32,647 bases of DNA, taken from a virus. Its lineage: Duplodnaviria; Caudoviricetes. The notes under the pieces are model-generated. The model ran no database searches and had not been told where the DNA came from. It saw only the letters and a list, made by a program, of their open reading frames with translations. Positions within the stretch are counted from its first letter, which is position 1; each line of letters begins with the position of its first letter. Below are positions 1 through 8,709 of the stretch, piece after piece. The position numbers and the translations under genes were made by a program. The DNA lies in the IMG/VR virus record IMGVR_UViG_3300010362_000067, positions 1-32,647 of that record; one strand, given 5' to 3'.

Positions 1-74
1 CAAGTTCGCATACCAGTCATTATGTAAACCTGCCGCGCCGCCCTCCGACCCGCTCGACCTCCCACAAATCCCCC

Positions 75-105
75 AGCCGCCCGGACCTCCGGGCGGCTTT
101 TGTTT
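75..105 (+). terminator. Intrinsic terminator
   Basis: AGCCGCCCGGA-cc-TCCGGGCGGCT inverted repeat followed by TTTGTTT. Confidence 0.8.
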
Positions 106-164
106 GCCCGCCCTCGTAAGTCGTTCTGGCTGGCCCGGTTAACCGACTTCAAGAAAGACCTTGC

Positions 165-201
165 GAAAGGGCTTGCGCAAGTCCTTCCCCGCTGATACTC
201 T
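165..201 (+). promoter_or_regulatory. sigma70-like promoter, divergent member of the repeat family
   Basis: GAAAGGGC-TTGCGC (173-178), 17 bp spacer, TACTCT (196-201), upstream of the DUF932 gene. Confidence 0.6.
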
Positions 202-275
202 TCTGTTGTACGCAGTCGGGCAGCACTCCAAGCGATCCATCGAAGCCCGAGTCACCCACAGCAGGAGAGTTCGGA

Positions 276-1328
276 ATGGCACATGAACTGGATTTCAAAG
301 CGAACGGCACGGCCGCGATGTTCTCGGTCAAGGAGACCCCGTGGCACCGCCTCGGCGAAGTGCTCGCCGAAGCGCCGACCTTCGAGGAAGCGATGGAGAA
401 GGGCGGCCTGAACTTCGAGGTCGAGACAACCCCGCTCCGCACCTTGGTGCCGGTCAACGAGACCGGTGACACGATCGAGGTCGAGGTCCCGAACCACCGC
501 GCCGTCGTGCGCATGGACCGCAAGACCGTGCTCGGTGTCGTCGGCCCGTCGTACCGCGTGTTGCAGAACCGCGACGCGTTCCGTGTGCTGGAGCCGCTCG
601 TCGACAGTGGCCTTGCCTCGATCGAGACCGGCGGCACGCTCCGCAAGGGCCGCGACGTGTGGATGCAAACGATCTGGAACATCTCGGACCCGTTCGTCCG
701 CGAGATCCTCGGCACCGAGGTCAAGCCCTACGTGCTGATCTCGAACAACCACTCGGGCGACCGGCAGGTCGATCTCCGGGAGACGCCGCAGCGCGTCGTG
801 TGCGCCAACACGTTGGGCTTCGCGCTCGGCGACAAGATGACGCGCGCGATCAAGGTCCCGCACCGCGCCAACGTCAAGGAGCGCGTCGTCACGGCCGCCG
901 AGGAGTTGTTCGCCACGGTCACCGCGCGCTACGTCAAGATCGCCGAGCAGTACGCGGCGCTCAAAGCGACGGTGCTCGAAGAAGAGATGTACGAGATGCT
1001 CGTGCTCGACGTGATCGCGCCGCTCCCCGACGCGAGCAAGGTCAACGAGCGGAAGGACAACATCGCCAAGGCCGCGTTCGAGCGCGCGACGGCACGCGCC
1101 GAAGCGAAGCGCAAGCGCCTGACCTACCTCTGGGAGAACGGCGACGGCCACACCGGTGACCACTCGGCGTGGGAAGCGTACAACAGTGCGACGCAGTCGC
1201 TCGACCACGACCTCGAACTCTGGGGCGGCAAGGTCGATCAGCTTGAGTCGATGTTCGACGGCGGGATCGCCCGCGACAAGCAAGCCGTGATCGACGCGCT
1301 CGTGGGCTACGCCACGGCGGAAGTGTAA
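276..1328 (+). CDS. DUF932 / TIGR03299-like phage-plasmid protein
   Basis: Motifs MAHEL..ETPWH.LG, LQNRDAF, SNNHSG, RVVCANTL, SAWEAYN; AGGAG RBS upstream. Confidence 0.88.
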   Translation: MAHELDFKANGTAAMFSVKETPWHRLGEVLAEAPTFEEAMEKGGLNFEVETTPLRTLVPVNETGDTIEVEVPNHRAVVRMDRKTVLGVVGPSYRVLQNRDAFRVLEPLVDSGLASIETGGTLRKGRDVWMQTIWNISDPFVREILGTEVKPYVLISNNHSGDRQVDLRETPQRVVCANTLGFALGDKMTRAIKVPHRANVKERVVTAAEELFATVTARYVKIAEQYAALKATVLEEEMYEMLVLDVIAPLPDASKVNERKDNIAKAAFERATARAEAKRKRLTYLWENGDGHTGDHSAWEAYNSATQSLDHDLELWGGKVDQLESMFDGGIARDKQAVIDALVGYATAEV

Positions 1329-1342
1329 GAGATCTCTCACCG

Positions 1343-1366
1343 GGGGGCTGGCGCGAGTCGGCCCCC
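1343..1366 (+). terminator. GNRA-loop hairpin after DUF932 gene (possible terminator or stabiliser)
   Basis: GGGGGCTGGC-GCGA-GTCGGCCCCC; no U tract. Confidence 0.4.
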
Positions 1367-1380
1367 ACGACCGACACCAC

Positions 1381-1455
1381 GAAAGAACTTGCGCGGGGCT
1401 GGACCCGCTATTAGAGTTCCAGTAGAGCAGCACGCCAACCGCTAGGACCGAGGGC
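1381..1455 (+). promoter_or_regulatory. Repeat-family promoter plus 19-bp box (no hairpin)
   Basis: GAAAGAAC-TTGCGC-17-TAGAGT; AACCGCT-agg-ACCGAGGGC at 1437-1455. Confidence 0.7.
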
Positions 1456-1463
1456 GCGACGCA

Positions 1464-1652
1464 GTGACGACCATCGAGACCGAGATCGACGCATGGATGC
1501 CGGGACCGGGCGAGTGCTCGGCGTGCGGCATCGAGCTAGGCGAAGGACGCGGCCAGTGCCGCCCCGCGCGTGGCACCACGCTCTGCCTCGACTGCGCCGC
1601 GCTCTACGACCCGCCGACGCTCCCCGAGGGCGACGACGACCCAACCCCCTAA
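1464..1652 (+). CDS. Small Cys-rich protein, putative Zn ribbon
   Basis: GTG start after the box; CSACG and CLDC motifs. Confidence 0.6.
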   Translation: MTTIETEIDAWMPGPGECSACGIELGEGRGQCRPARGTTLCLDCAALYDPPTLPEGDDDPTP

Positions 1653-1665
1653 TCAGGAGATCCTC

Positions 1666-1914
1666 ATGTCCACGACCCCCGACCTCGTCGACCTCTTCAT
1701 CGAGGCGCACCTCGCCGCCGAAAAGGCGTACGTGCTCCGCGCGATCGAGCACGACGTGTTCCCGAAAGACGACGCCGTGCTGAAGGCGCTCGCCCTCCTC
1801 GTGCTCCCGGCCCCGAACCGGGCGTTCCTCGAAGGGAACGATCCCGAGACGCTCGCCTACGCGTGGCGCGTGATGGCGGCCCGCATCCGGGAAACGCAGG
1901 TGCCCGGCACATGA
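1666..1914 (+). CDS. Hypothetical protein
   Basis: AGGAG RBS, ATG 1666 (MSTTPDL); ATGA overlap with next gene. Confidence 0.7.
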   Translation: MSTTPDLVDLFIEAHLAAEKAYVLRAIEHDVFPKDDAVLKALALLVLPAPNRAFLEGNDPETLAYAWRVMAARIRETQVPGT

Positions 1915-2183
1915 CCGCCACCGTCCTCCAGCCGCACGACGTCGCGCGCGCGAACGCGCTCGCGATGGAGATCGGCGAGACGTTCCACCGCGAGCGGCTC
2001 CGGCGCGGTGAGACGCTCAAGGCCATTGCCCTCCGGCTGGGCATGAGTCGGCGCAGTAGTGACAACATCATCAACTTCGAACGCGGCGCCGTCACCGGCG
2101 TGCGGCTCGACACAATCGTCCGCTATCTCGCGCTCTATGGCTACACGCTCGCCGTCGTGCCGATCGAGGAGCCGCGCCGATGA
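1911..2183 (+). CDS. XRE-family HTH protein
   Basis: IGETFHRERLRRGETLKAIALRLGMS...FERG...RLDTIVRY; ATGA coupling at both ends. Confidence 0.8.
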   Translation: MTATVLQPHDVARANALAMEIGETFHRERLRRGETLKAIALRLGMSRRSSDNIINFERGAVTGVRLDTIVRYLALYGYTLAVVPIEEPRR

Positions 2184-2677
2184 CCGTGCCACGCACGATT
2201 ACGATCACCGTGGAAGAGGGAGAGAATTACCCCGCGCAGGTCAAGCGGCGGCTCGGCGAGCACCGCATCACGCACCGCGAGATGTGCGCGGCGATGGACA
2301 TGGAAGAGGGGCAGTTCTCGCGGCTGTTGAACCAGCCGAGCAAGAGCCACGGCGGGCCGCCGTCGCCCCGGCTCGACACCGTCGTCAAGATCGAGGCGGC
2401 CATCTTAGACATCTTGGAATGGAGGCGACGCGGCATGCGGGACCGAGAGATCGAGGAGATCGTGCGCTGGCTTGCGCACGCGCCGCCCGCCGACGGGCTC
2501 ACGATCGCGCCGGGGCTCATCGGGTGGCGCACGCCCGGCGGCAACTTTCTGTGCGCCCGCTGCGCGGCGCGGATCTTCGCGCGCGGCGGCACCGTGCCCA
2601 AACACTCCAACCCGGTCTGGCACGACAGTCCCCCACCGGCCGATGCCTGCGTCGGCCACATGGTTCGCAAACCCTAA
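2180..2677 (+). CDS. HTH protein with C-terminal Cys motif
   Basis: ITHREMCAAMDMEEGQFSRLLN...PRLDTVVKIE; CARC near the C-terminus. Confidence 0.7.
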   Translation: MTVPRTITITVEEGENYPAQVKRRLGEHRITHREMCAAMDMEEGQFSRLLNQPSKSHGGPPSPRLDTVVKIEAAILDILEWRRRGMRDREIEEIVRWLAHAPPADGLTIAPGLIGWRTPGGNFLCARCAARIFARGGTVPKHSNPVWHDSPPPADACVGHMVRKP

Positions 2678-2690
2678 TACCAACCCGCAC

Positions 2691-3167
2691 ATGCGACACT
2701 TCACAAGCACCCACAAGCAACAGCACGCCAACCTCCTCGCGCGACTGCAGCAGGCGCACGGCCATCTCGAACAGACGGTGGAGGGCTGCAACGTCGCCCT
2801 CGGCGACGCGTTCGCCGCCGTCGAACTCGCGATCAATGGCTTCAACGAGCACGCCGCGAACGCGTTCGCCGCCGTCGAGATCGCGCGCGACCTGTACAAC
2901 GAGACCGTCACCGCCGCGAAGGACTTCGTCGAAGAGGTCCGCAGCGACGCGCAGAGCTACTTCGACGATCGGTCGGAGACGTGGCAGGAAGGCGAGGCGG
3001 GCGACGCCTATCAGGAATGGATCGACGCGCTCGACGAGATCGATCTCGCCCAAGCCGACGTGGACGCGCCCGACGAGATCGAGCTACCCGACCGCCCCGA
3101 GATCGCGCTCCCCGAGGCCGAGGCGATCGACGCCTTCGAGAACATCCGGCAGGGGGTCGACGAGTAG
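2691..3167 (+). CDS. Acidic helical/coiled-coil hypothetical protein
   Basis: ATG 2691 (MRHFTST); YFDDRSETWQEGEAG motif. Confidence 0.72.
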   Translation: MRHFTSTHKQQHANLLARLQQAHGHLEQTVEGCNVALGDAFAAVELAINGFNEHAANAFAAVEIARDLYNETVTAAKDFVEEVRSDAQSYFDDRSETWQEGEAGDAYQEWIDALDEIDLAQADVDAPDEIELPDRPEIALPEAEAIDAFENIRQGVDE

Positions 3168-3170
3168 GAC

Positions 3171-3257
3171 GAAAGGACTTGCGCGCACCTGCGCGACACC
3201 CTAGATTCCCTTGCGTGGCCGGGACGTCCGGCCCGCCAAACCGCTTCCATCGAGGGA
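3171..3257 (+). repeat. Promoter-hairpin-box element, full copy
   Basis: GAAAGGAC-TTGCGC-17-TAGATT; GGCCGG-GACGT-CCGGCC; AACCGCT-tcc-ATCGAGGGA. Confidence 0.92.
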
Positions 3258-3264
3258 CACGCAA

Positions 3265-3642
3265 ATGCTTCCGACCATTGCCACCATCAAGACGAAAGCC
3301 GAAGCCACCGGCAAACTGCCGCCGTTCACCGCCAAGGTGCGCGAGGCGATCGAGATCGAAGCCGTGAGCGCCGCCGAGGTCGCCATGTCGGCGACCGGCG
3401 TCGAGGCGGCGGCCGTCGAACCCCGCGCCTACAAGGGCGAGCGGGTCTACAACGGGCTCAAGATGCCGTGGGCCGCCGTGACGTTCGTCGAGCCGACGGG
3501 CACCAAGGCCGCGCACATCGCGCTCGCCGAAGCGTGCAAGGCCGCCGGGGTGCTGCCGAGCTTCGCCAGAATCGAGCGCCTAGGCGGGTTTGAGAGCCGC
3601 GTCATCCCGCTCTTCTACCCCTTCACGCCGGGGGAACTCTAA
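3265..3642 (+). CDS. Hypothetical protein
   Basis: ATG 7 nt after the box (MLPTIATIK); the track's upstream extension is the repeat itself. Confidence 0.75.
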   Translation: MLPTIATIKTKAEATGKLPPFTAKVREAIEIEAVSAAEVAMSATGVEAAAVEPRAYKGERVYNGLKMPWAAVTFVEPTGTKAAHIALAEACKAAGVLPSFARIERLGGFESRVIPLFYPFTPGEL

Positions 3643-3651
3643 GCCCGGCGC

Positions 3652-3739
3652 GAAAGGACTTGCGCGCGGCTGTGCGACAGGGTATCATTCACATGCGGGC
3701 CGGACGGTCCGGCCCGACCAAACCGCTTCCATCGAGGGA
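3652..3739 (+). repeat. Promoter-hairpin-box element, full copy
   Basis: TTGCGC-17-TATCAT; GGGCCGGA-cgg-TCCGGCCC; AACCGCT-tcc-ATCGAGGGA. Confidence 0.92.
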
Positions 3740-3746
3740 TTCCCCA

Positions 3747-3950
3747 ATGCCATACCTAGCGACCACCATCTGCACCGTCCGCAACGAGCGCATGGGCGTC
3801 GAGGCCCACATCTTCCTCGGCTCCAGCTTCAAGCGCGCCGGGCCGTACCACGTCAAGATCGAAGGGCTCGAAGGGCGCGAGGTGCGGCCGATCGTCGCCT
3901 TCGCCACGCTCGCCGAGGCCGAAGCGTGGTCCACCGCGATGGTCGCGTGA
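3747..3950 (+). CDS. Hypothetical protein
   Basis: ATG 7 nt after the box (MPYLATT); stop abuts the next element. Confidence 0.72.
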   Translation: MPYLATTICTVRNERMGVEAHIFLGSSFKRAGPYHVKIEGLEGREVRPIVAFATLAEAEAWSTAMVA

Positions 3951-3953
3951 CGC

Positions 3954-4041
3954 GAAAGGACTTGCGCGCGGCTGTGCGACACGGTATCATTCAGATGTCG
4001 GCCGGGACTGGCCCGGTCGACCAACCGCTTGGACCGAGGGA
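3954..4041 (+). repeat. Promoter-hairpin-box element, variant copy
   Basis: TTGCGC-17-TATCAT; GTCGGCCGGG-actgg-CCCGGTCGAC; AACCGCT-tgg-ACCGAGGGA. Confidence 0.9.
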
Positions 4042-4048
4042 GGTCAGG

Positions 4049-4327
4049 ATGGGTCGCTCGACGATCAGTACCGAACTTGCGCTGCGTCTCGCGCGCAAGC
4101 ACTTGGGCGCGGGCACGATGGAAAGCTCGGCCCGGTTCTGCATGGCCGAGGCGATCGAGGCGGCCAACGAGGGCGCGCTCGTCACCGCCATCCGGCTCGC
4201 GCATCGCTCGCTCCTGTACTCCGTCGGCGCGTTCCACGCCGAGACCAAGAAGGTCGCCGCGATGATCGCGGCGATCGAGGAGATCGAGCGGGTCGCCACC
4301 ATCCCCAGCTTCCGCAAGACCGCGTAG
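4049..4327 (+). CDS. Hypothetical protein
   Basis: ATG 7 nt after the box (MGRSTISTELAL). Confidence 0.72.
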   Translation: MGRSTISTELALRLARKHLGAGTMESSARFCMAEAIEAANEGALVTAIRLAHRSLLYSVGAFHAETKKVAAMIAAIEEIERVATIPSFRKTA

Positions 4328-4345
4328 GTTCTGCGCGGCGCACGA

Positions 4346-4393
4346 CTGGCCGGGACTTCGCCCGGCCAGCATCCAACCGCTACCATCGAGGGA
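4346..4393 (+). repeat. Hairpin-box element lacking the promoter part
   Basis: CTGGCCGGG-acttcg-CCCGGCCAG; AACCGCT-acc-ATCGAGGGA. Confidence 0.85.
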
Positions 4394-4396
4394 CAC

Positions 4397-5848
4397 ATGG
4401 CAGCAACGAAAGGCGCGCTCGCCGTCGACTTGGCCGGACTCCGGCTCTTGGTCGAGCGACGCGGCAAGAGCTTCGCGCTCTTGGAACTCTTACAGAACTG
4501 TTGGGACGAGCCCGGCGTGACGCGCGTCGACGTCACGACCGAGAGCATCGCGCGCGGGGTGGTCCGGGTCGCCGTCGATGACGACGCGCCCGACGGCTTC
4601 CACGATCTGACGCATGCCTACACGCTGTTCGCGTCGTCGAAGAAGAAAGCGAACCCGGAGCAGCGGGGCCGCTTCAACGTCGGCGAGAAGCTGGTGATCG
4701 CGCTCGCCAACGAGTTCTGGGTCGACACCACGAGCGGCGCGGTCCACATCGACGTGCGCAAGAACGAACGGCACACGAACCGCCGTCGCTATCGCGAGAG
4801 CGGGTCGCGCATCACCGCCGACCTCCGCATGACGCAGGACGAGCACCTGGAGGCGCTCCGCATCTTCCGCACGGTGCTGCCGCCGCCCGGCATCGAGACC
4901 ACCATCAACGGCGTTCGACTCGACCGGCGGCACGTCGTCGCCGTGGAGCGCGCGATTCTCGCGACCGAGATCGCCGACGAGCACGGCTTCTTGCGCCCGA
5001 CCAAACGACAGACCGACATCGAGGTGTATGATCCCGCCGAGGGCGAGACCGGGACGTTGTACGAAATGGGGATTCCCGTCGTCGAGACCGGCGACCGCTA
5101 TCACTACAACGTGCTGCAGAAGGTCCCGCTCAACGCGGACCGCGACAACGTCCCGCCCAGCTTCCTGCGTGACGTGCGGGCGATCGTGCTCAACGCGATG
5201 GCGCACACCTTGGACGGCGAGGAAGCGGCCGAGCCGTGGGTCGGCGAGGCGCTCGAAGATGATCTCGTCGAGCCGTCGGCCGTCTCGACCGTGATGACGG
5301 CGCGCTTCGGCGCCAAGCGCGTGACGTTCGACATGAGCGACCCCGAGGCCAATCGCTCGGCGCTCGCGGCGGGCTACACGGTGATCCCCTCGAACACGTT
5401 CTCGCGCTCCGCGTGGAACAACGTGCGCGGCGCGGGCACGACGCTCCCAGCCGGGCGCACCTTCCCGACGGCCAAGCCGTTCCACCCCGATGGCTCGCCG
5501 CTCAAGACGATCGACCCAAAGGACTACACCGACGGCGAAGAGCGATTCGTGCGCGGCGTCGCCCAACTCCACCTCGATCTCGTCGGCCGCGAGATCGCCG
5601 TCACGCTCGCGAAGGATCGCGGCTGGAAGTTCAACGGCGCCTATGGCGGCGGCCAGATCATCCTCAACCTCTTCTGCATCGAGCCGGTGCTCTGGGACGA
5701 GGACACGCTCCGCACGATCCTGCACGAGTTCGGGCACGCGTACGGCGACCACTTGACGCACGCGTTCGACGACGGCATCGCGAAAGTCGCGGCCAAGCTG
5801 GTGGCACTCGTGACCGATGACCCGACCTATCTGCGGAGCCTTGCATGA
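4397..5848 (+). CDS. GHKL (HATPase_c-like) ATPase with C-terminal HExxH motif
   Basis: ELLQNCWD (N box), DDDAPDGF (G1-like), RGRFNVGEK (G2), GSRI; ILHEFGH...H..AF near the C-terminus. Confidence 0.8.
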   Translation: MAATKGALAVDLAGLRLLVERRGKSFALLELLQNCWDEPGVTRVDVTTESIARGVVRVAVDDDAPDGFHDLTHAYTLFASSKKKANPEQRGRFNVGEKLVIALANEFWVDTTSGAVHIDVRKNERHTNRRRYRESGSRITADLRMTQDEHLEALRIFRTVLPPPGIETTINGVRLDRRHVVAVERAILATEIADEHGFLRPTKRQTDIEVYDPAEGETGTLYEMGIPVVETGDRYHYNVLQKVPLNADRDNVPPSFLRDVRAIVLNAMAHTLDGEEAAEPWVGEALEDDLVEPSAVSTVMTARFGAKRVTFDMSDPEANRSALAAGYTVIPSNTFSRSAWNNVRGAGTTLPAGRTFPTAKPFHPDGSPLKTIDPKDYTDGEERFVRGVAQLHLDLVGREIAVTLAKDRGWKFNGAYGGGQIILNLFCIEPVLWDEDTLRTILHEFGHAYGDHLTHAFDDGIAKVAAKLVALVTDDPTYLRSLA

Positions 5849-6021
5849 GCATCCTTCCAAAGACGCTGACGCTCGGCGACGACGACGCGGCGGAGTTCGT
5901 CCGGCTGCTCATCCGGCTCCGCGTGCCGTTCACGCATCGCTTCGTGCCCGACGACGGGCACGAGTTCACCGGGCCACTCGATCGGGCGTGGAAGATCTTT
6001 ACCGGGGAGGAAGCACCCTAG
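5845..6021 (+). CDS. 58-aa hypothetical protein (absent from ORF track)
   Basis: ATGA overlap with the ATPase stop; MSILPKTLTLGDDDAAEFVRLLIRLRVPF...EEAP*. Confidence 0.55.
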   Translation: MSILPKTLTLGDDDAAEFVRLLIRLRVPFTHRFVPDDGHEFTGPLDRAWKIFTGEEAP

Positions 6022-6068
6022 GACGGGACCGGCCGCGCGCAACCCCCTTTGGCGTCGCTAGCGTTGCC

Positions 6069-6155
6069 GAAAGCCCTTGCGCGCGGCTGTGCGACAGCTA
6101 GATTCCAGTATGTGGCCGGGACGTCCGGCCCGACCAAACCGCTTCCATCGAGGGA
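6069..6155 (+). repeat. Promoter-hairpin-box element, full copy
   Basis: GAAAGCCC-TTGCGC-16-TAGATT; GGCCGGGACGTCCGGCC; AACCGCT-tcc-ATCGAGGGA. Confidence 0.92.
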
Positions 6156-6161
6156 AATCCC

Positions 6162-6470
6162 ATGTCGAACCTTGCGTCGCTCTACCCGGTCGAGATCGGT
6201 CGGCTGATCAAGCTCGAATCCACCGGCTGGACCCAGACGGTCGTCGCGAGCGAGTGGGAGGGCGCGCCCTTCCGCATCACGACGAACATGCGCGCGGGCG
6301 GCCCGTTCCTGCCGACCGCGTCCGGCTACGTCGAGTTGGCCTGCCGCATCGAGGTCACCGGCCGCACGGTCCAGATCTATCGCGGCTCGCGTGCCGTCCG
6401 CGTGCGCGTGACTTACATCAACGAGGAGAACGCGCCGGAGACGCACGTCGGCGGGTGGATGTTCGTCTAA
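6162..6470 (+). CDS. Hypothetical protein, beta-rich
   Basis: ATG 6 nt after the box. Confidence 0.75.
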   Translation: MSNLASLYPVEIGRLIKLESTGWTQTVVASEWEGAPFRITTNMRAGGPFLPTASGYVELACRIEVTGRTVQIYRGSRAVRVRVTYINEENAPETHVGGWMFV

Positions 6471-6481
6471 GCCCCGATTCA

Positions 6482-6500
6482 AACCGCTTTCACCGAGGGA
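6482..6500 (+). repeat. Stand-alone 19-bp box
   Basis: AACCGCT-ttc-ACCGAGGGA before ATG 6505. Confidence 0.8.
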
Positions 6501-6504
6501 TGAC

Positions 6505-6708
6505 ATGAAAACCATTTTGGGCAGCACGGTCACGATGTGGCCGACCCGCGAGCAGGCCGAAGCGATCGCGGCCGCCAACCGCGAAGGCGAAGAGGGACCC
6601 AACGTGTGGTCCTACGAGGTGCGCCAGATCGGCGGCGGCCGGTACATGGTCGTCGGGTTCATCGTGGTGATCTCCGACGAATCCGGCGTGGAGGTCGGAA
6701 CGCTCTAG
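6505..6708 (+). CDS. Hypothetical protein
   Basis: ATG after the box; stop 10 nt before the next element. Confidence 0.7.
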   Translation: MKTILGSTVTMWPTREQAEAIAAANREGEEGPNVWSYEVRQIGGGRYMVVGFIVVISDESGVEVGTL

Positions 6709-6717
6709 CGACTCAAG

Positions 6718-6807
6718 GAAAGGACTTGCGCGCAGGTGTGCGACACCTTATTATTCACATGTGGCCGGGACGTCCGGCCCGACAACCAAACCGCTAGCAT
6801 CGAGGGA
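6718..6807 (+). repeat. Promoter-hairpin-box element, full copy
   Basis: TTGCGC-17-TATTAT; GGCCGGGACGTCCGGCC; AACCGCT-agc-ATCGAGGGA. Confidence 0.92.
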
Positions 6808-6813
6808 ATCCCC

Positions 6814-7020
6814 ATGTATGTCTCGCCGAACTTCCCCAGCAAAAAGGCGCTGAAAGAGGCGCTCACCGCCGGTACGCCCGTGCGGGTGTTCTCGCCCGGA
6901 CTGGGCGGTCCCGCCCCGACCAACGGCACGGTCTCGCTCGAAGGCCCCCATTTCCCGAAGCCGCACAAGTGGTATGCGAAGGGAACGATGGTCAACGGCC
7001 TGCTTGTCAAAGTCTCCTAA
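6814..7020 (+). CDS. Small basic hypothetical protein
   Basis: ATG after the box; MYVSPNFPSKKALKEA...EGPHFPKPHKWYA. Confidence 0.75.
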   Translation: MYVSPNFPSKKALKEALTAGTPVRVFSPGLGGPAPTNGTVSLEGPHFPKPHKWYAKGTMVNGLLVKVS

Positions 7021-7042
7021 ACCCACCGAGGGCACCAACACG

Positions 7043-7465
7043 ATGCGTTACTCCCTGCTGTTCCCCATCGCCGACGAGCGCGGCTCGACCATGCTCGATT
7101 ACTTCGGCGCCAAAAGCGTCAAGGACTACGCGGCCGAGCGCACCTACTCGGTCGTGTACGAGGGCGAGGCGCCGACCGACGAGCCGGGTCCCATGTGGAC
7201 GCGCCACAACGTCGGCGACGCCGAGGACGGCAACCGCCCCCGCGCGCGTGAGATCCGCTCGATGTGCGTCGGCGACCTGCTCATGTTCGAGAACGGCACC
7301 GTGTGGCTCTGCGATCGCTTCGGCTGGATCGCGGTGCCCGAGTGGTTCGACGCGGCGCTCGTGGCGAAGACGCCCGAGCCGCCGCCGGTGATCGAGATCG
7401 TGCTGACGGCGAGCGCGGCCGACGACGTGGACGCGTCGATCACCCTCCGGCCGAAGCCGAAGTGA
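7043..7465 (+). CDS. YodL-like domain protein
   Basis: YSVVYEG...HN...RP...RSMCVGDLL...WLCDRFGW resembles the YodL RSLSVGD motif; partial box ACCGAGGG upstream. Confidence 0.65.
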   Translation: MRYSLLFPIADERGSTMLDYFGAKSVKDYAAERTYSVVYEGEAPTDEPGPMWTRHNVGDAEDGNRPRAREIRSMCVGDLLMFENGTVWLCDRFGWIAVPEWFDAALVAKTPEPPPVIEIVLTASAADDVDASITLRPKPK

Positions 7466-7467
7466 AC

Positions 7468-7554
7468 GAAAGGACTTGCGTCCACCTGCGCGACGCCTAG
7501 ATTTCCTTCTGTGGCCGGGACGTCCGGCCCGCCCAAACCGCTAGCATCGAGGGA
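7468..7554 (+). repeat. Promoter-hairpin-box element, full copy
   Basis: GAAAGGAC-TTGCGT-16-TAGATT; GGCCGGGACGTCCGGCC; AACCGCT-agc-ATCGAGGGA. Confidence 0.92.
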
Positions 7555-7560
7555 TCTGCC

Positions 7561-7803
7561 ATGACCCACCGCCCACCGCCCACCGTGTGGCTCTTCGCCA
7601 CTGAGGCCAACCTCCGCGTCTTCGCCAGCGAAGCGCGCGCCATCTCGTTCGCGATGGCGACCGTCTCGTGCCTCGCCGTCGGCGTGCGCGAGCCGCTGGA
7701 AGCCATCACCGAGACGCACCTGCCCGGCGCGGCACAGCCCTATCGCGCGACGCTGAACGGCACCGAGATCGTCTCCGTCACCTGCGTCGAGGTGGAGTCG
7801 TGA
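7561..7803 (+). CDS. Hypothetical protein
   Basis: ATG 6 nt after the box. Confidence 0.7.
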   Translation: MTHRPPPTVWLFATEANLRVFASEARAISFAMATVSCLAVGVREPLEAITETHLPGAAQPYRATLNGTEIVSVTCVEVES

Positions 7804-8021
7804 TCATCAACGATCCCCGCACCCCGTTCGCGCCCGCCCCGGCGCCAGCGGGCACGCCGGTCGTGACCGCGTGGCACGTCGAGGCGCCGATGGTGCACTA
7901 CGCCTGCCCGATCTGTGAGTCGCCGCGCGAGCTACCGGTGATCCGGTTCGAGCGCGGTGGCCTGAAGGAATGCGGCCGCTGCCGCGAGATCTACGCGCTC
8001 CCGGCGCCGGAGGGCCGCTAA
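7800..8021 (+). CDS. Small Zn-ribbon protein
   Basis: GTGA overlap; CPIC and CGRC motifs. Confidence 0.6.
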   Translation: MIINDPRTPFAPAPAPAGTPVVTAWHVEAPMVHYACPICESPRELPVIRFERGGLKECGRCREIYALPAPEGR

Positions 8022-8022
8022 C

Positions 8023-8709
8023 ATGGCGATCAAGAAGGTCGGCACGATCACGCACGAGAAATACGGGATCACCGTGCCGCTCCGGCTCGACACGACCTCG
8101 ATGGAGTTCACGGCGACGTGGGAACGCCCCACGCCCGACGCGACCGGCGTCCACATGGTGCGGCACTCCGAGCGCGGCAAGGACGGCGAAGAGGTCCGCG
8201 ACGCGATGCTCGCGTTCATTGACGCGCAGATGTCGATCGAGTGGGAGCCGGTGGTCGAGGTCATTCCGATGCACAACTTCGCATCGAGCGAGCAAGTGCG
8301 CGCGACGGCCGCGTGCGCGATGGCGGTGACGCGCTTCTGGCTCGGCCGCCCAGCCGTGGGCGACATGCAACGCGCGGAGTGGCAGATCAAGCCCGAGGAC
8401 CGGAGCACGACGAGCCGCCCGTTCTACGTGACGTCGAGCGACTCGCGCATGGTGTACTCGAAGGACTTCACCTTCCCCTATCGCGCGAAGCCCCGGCACT
8501 ACGGCGCCGAGCGCATCTACCTCGCGTTCAGCGAAGAGTTGTGGGCGGGCTTGACGCTCATCGAGCAGCGCATCAACGAAGCGCGCCGGATGCTCGAAAC
8601 CATGCTCGGCACCGACGAGGCGCTCGACCGCGTGCGAGAGTTGGGGGCGCAGGTGCTCCCCGCGTTACTCGCCGCGCCCTCCGAGACGGAGAGCATCAAT
8701 GACGTCTAG
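8023..8709 (+). CDS. Hypothetical protein
   Basis: 228-aa ORF abutting the previous stop; protein-like composition. Confidence 0.75.
   Translation: MAIKKVGTITHEKYGITVPLRLDTTSMEFTATWERPTPDATGVHMVRHSERGKDGEEVRDAMLAFIDAQMSIEWEPVVEVIPMHNFASSEQVRATAACAMAVTRFWLGRPAVGDMQRAEWQIKPEDRSTTSRPFYVTSSDSRMVYSKDFTFPYRAKPRHYGAERIYLAFSEELWAGLTLIEQRINEARRMLETMLGTDEALDRVRELGAQVLPALLAAPSETESINDV

Noticed and set aside
216-250. Degenerate box or hairpin before DUF932 (AAGCGATCCATCGAAG)
   Set aside because: Too many mismatches and wrong spacing to count as a copy.
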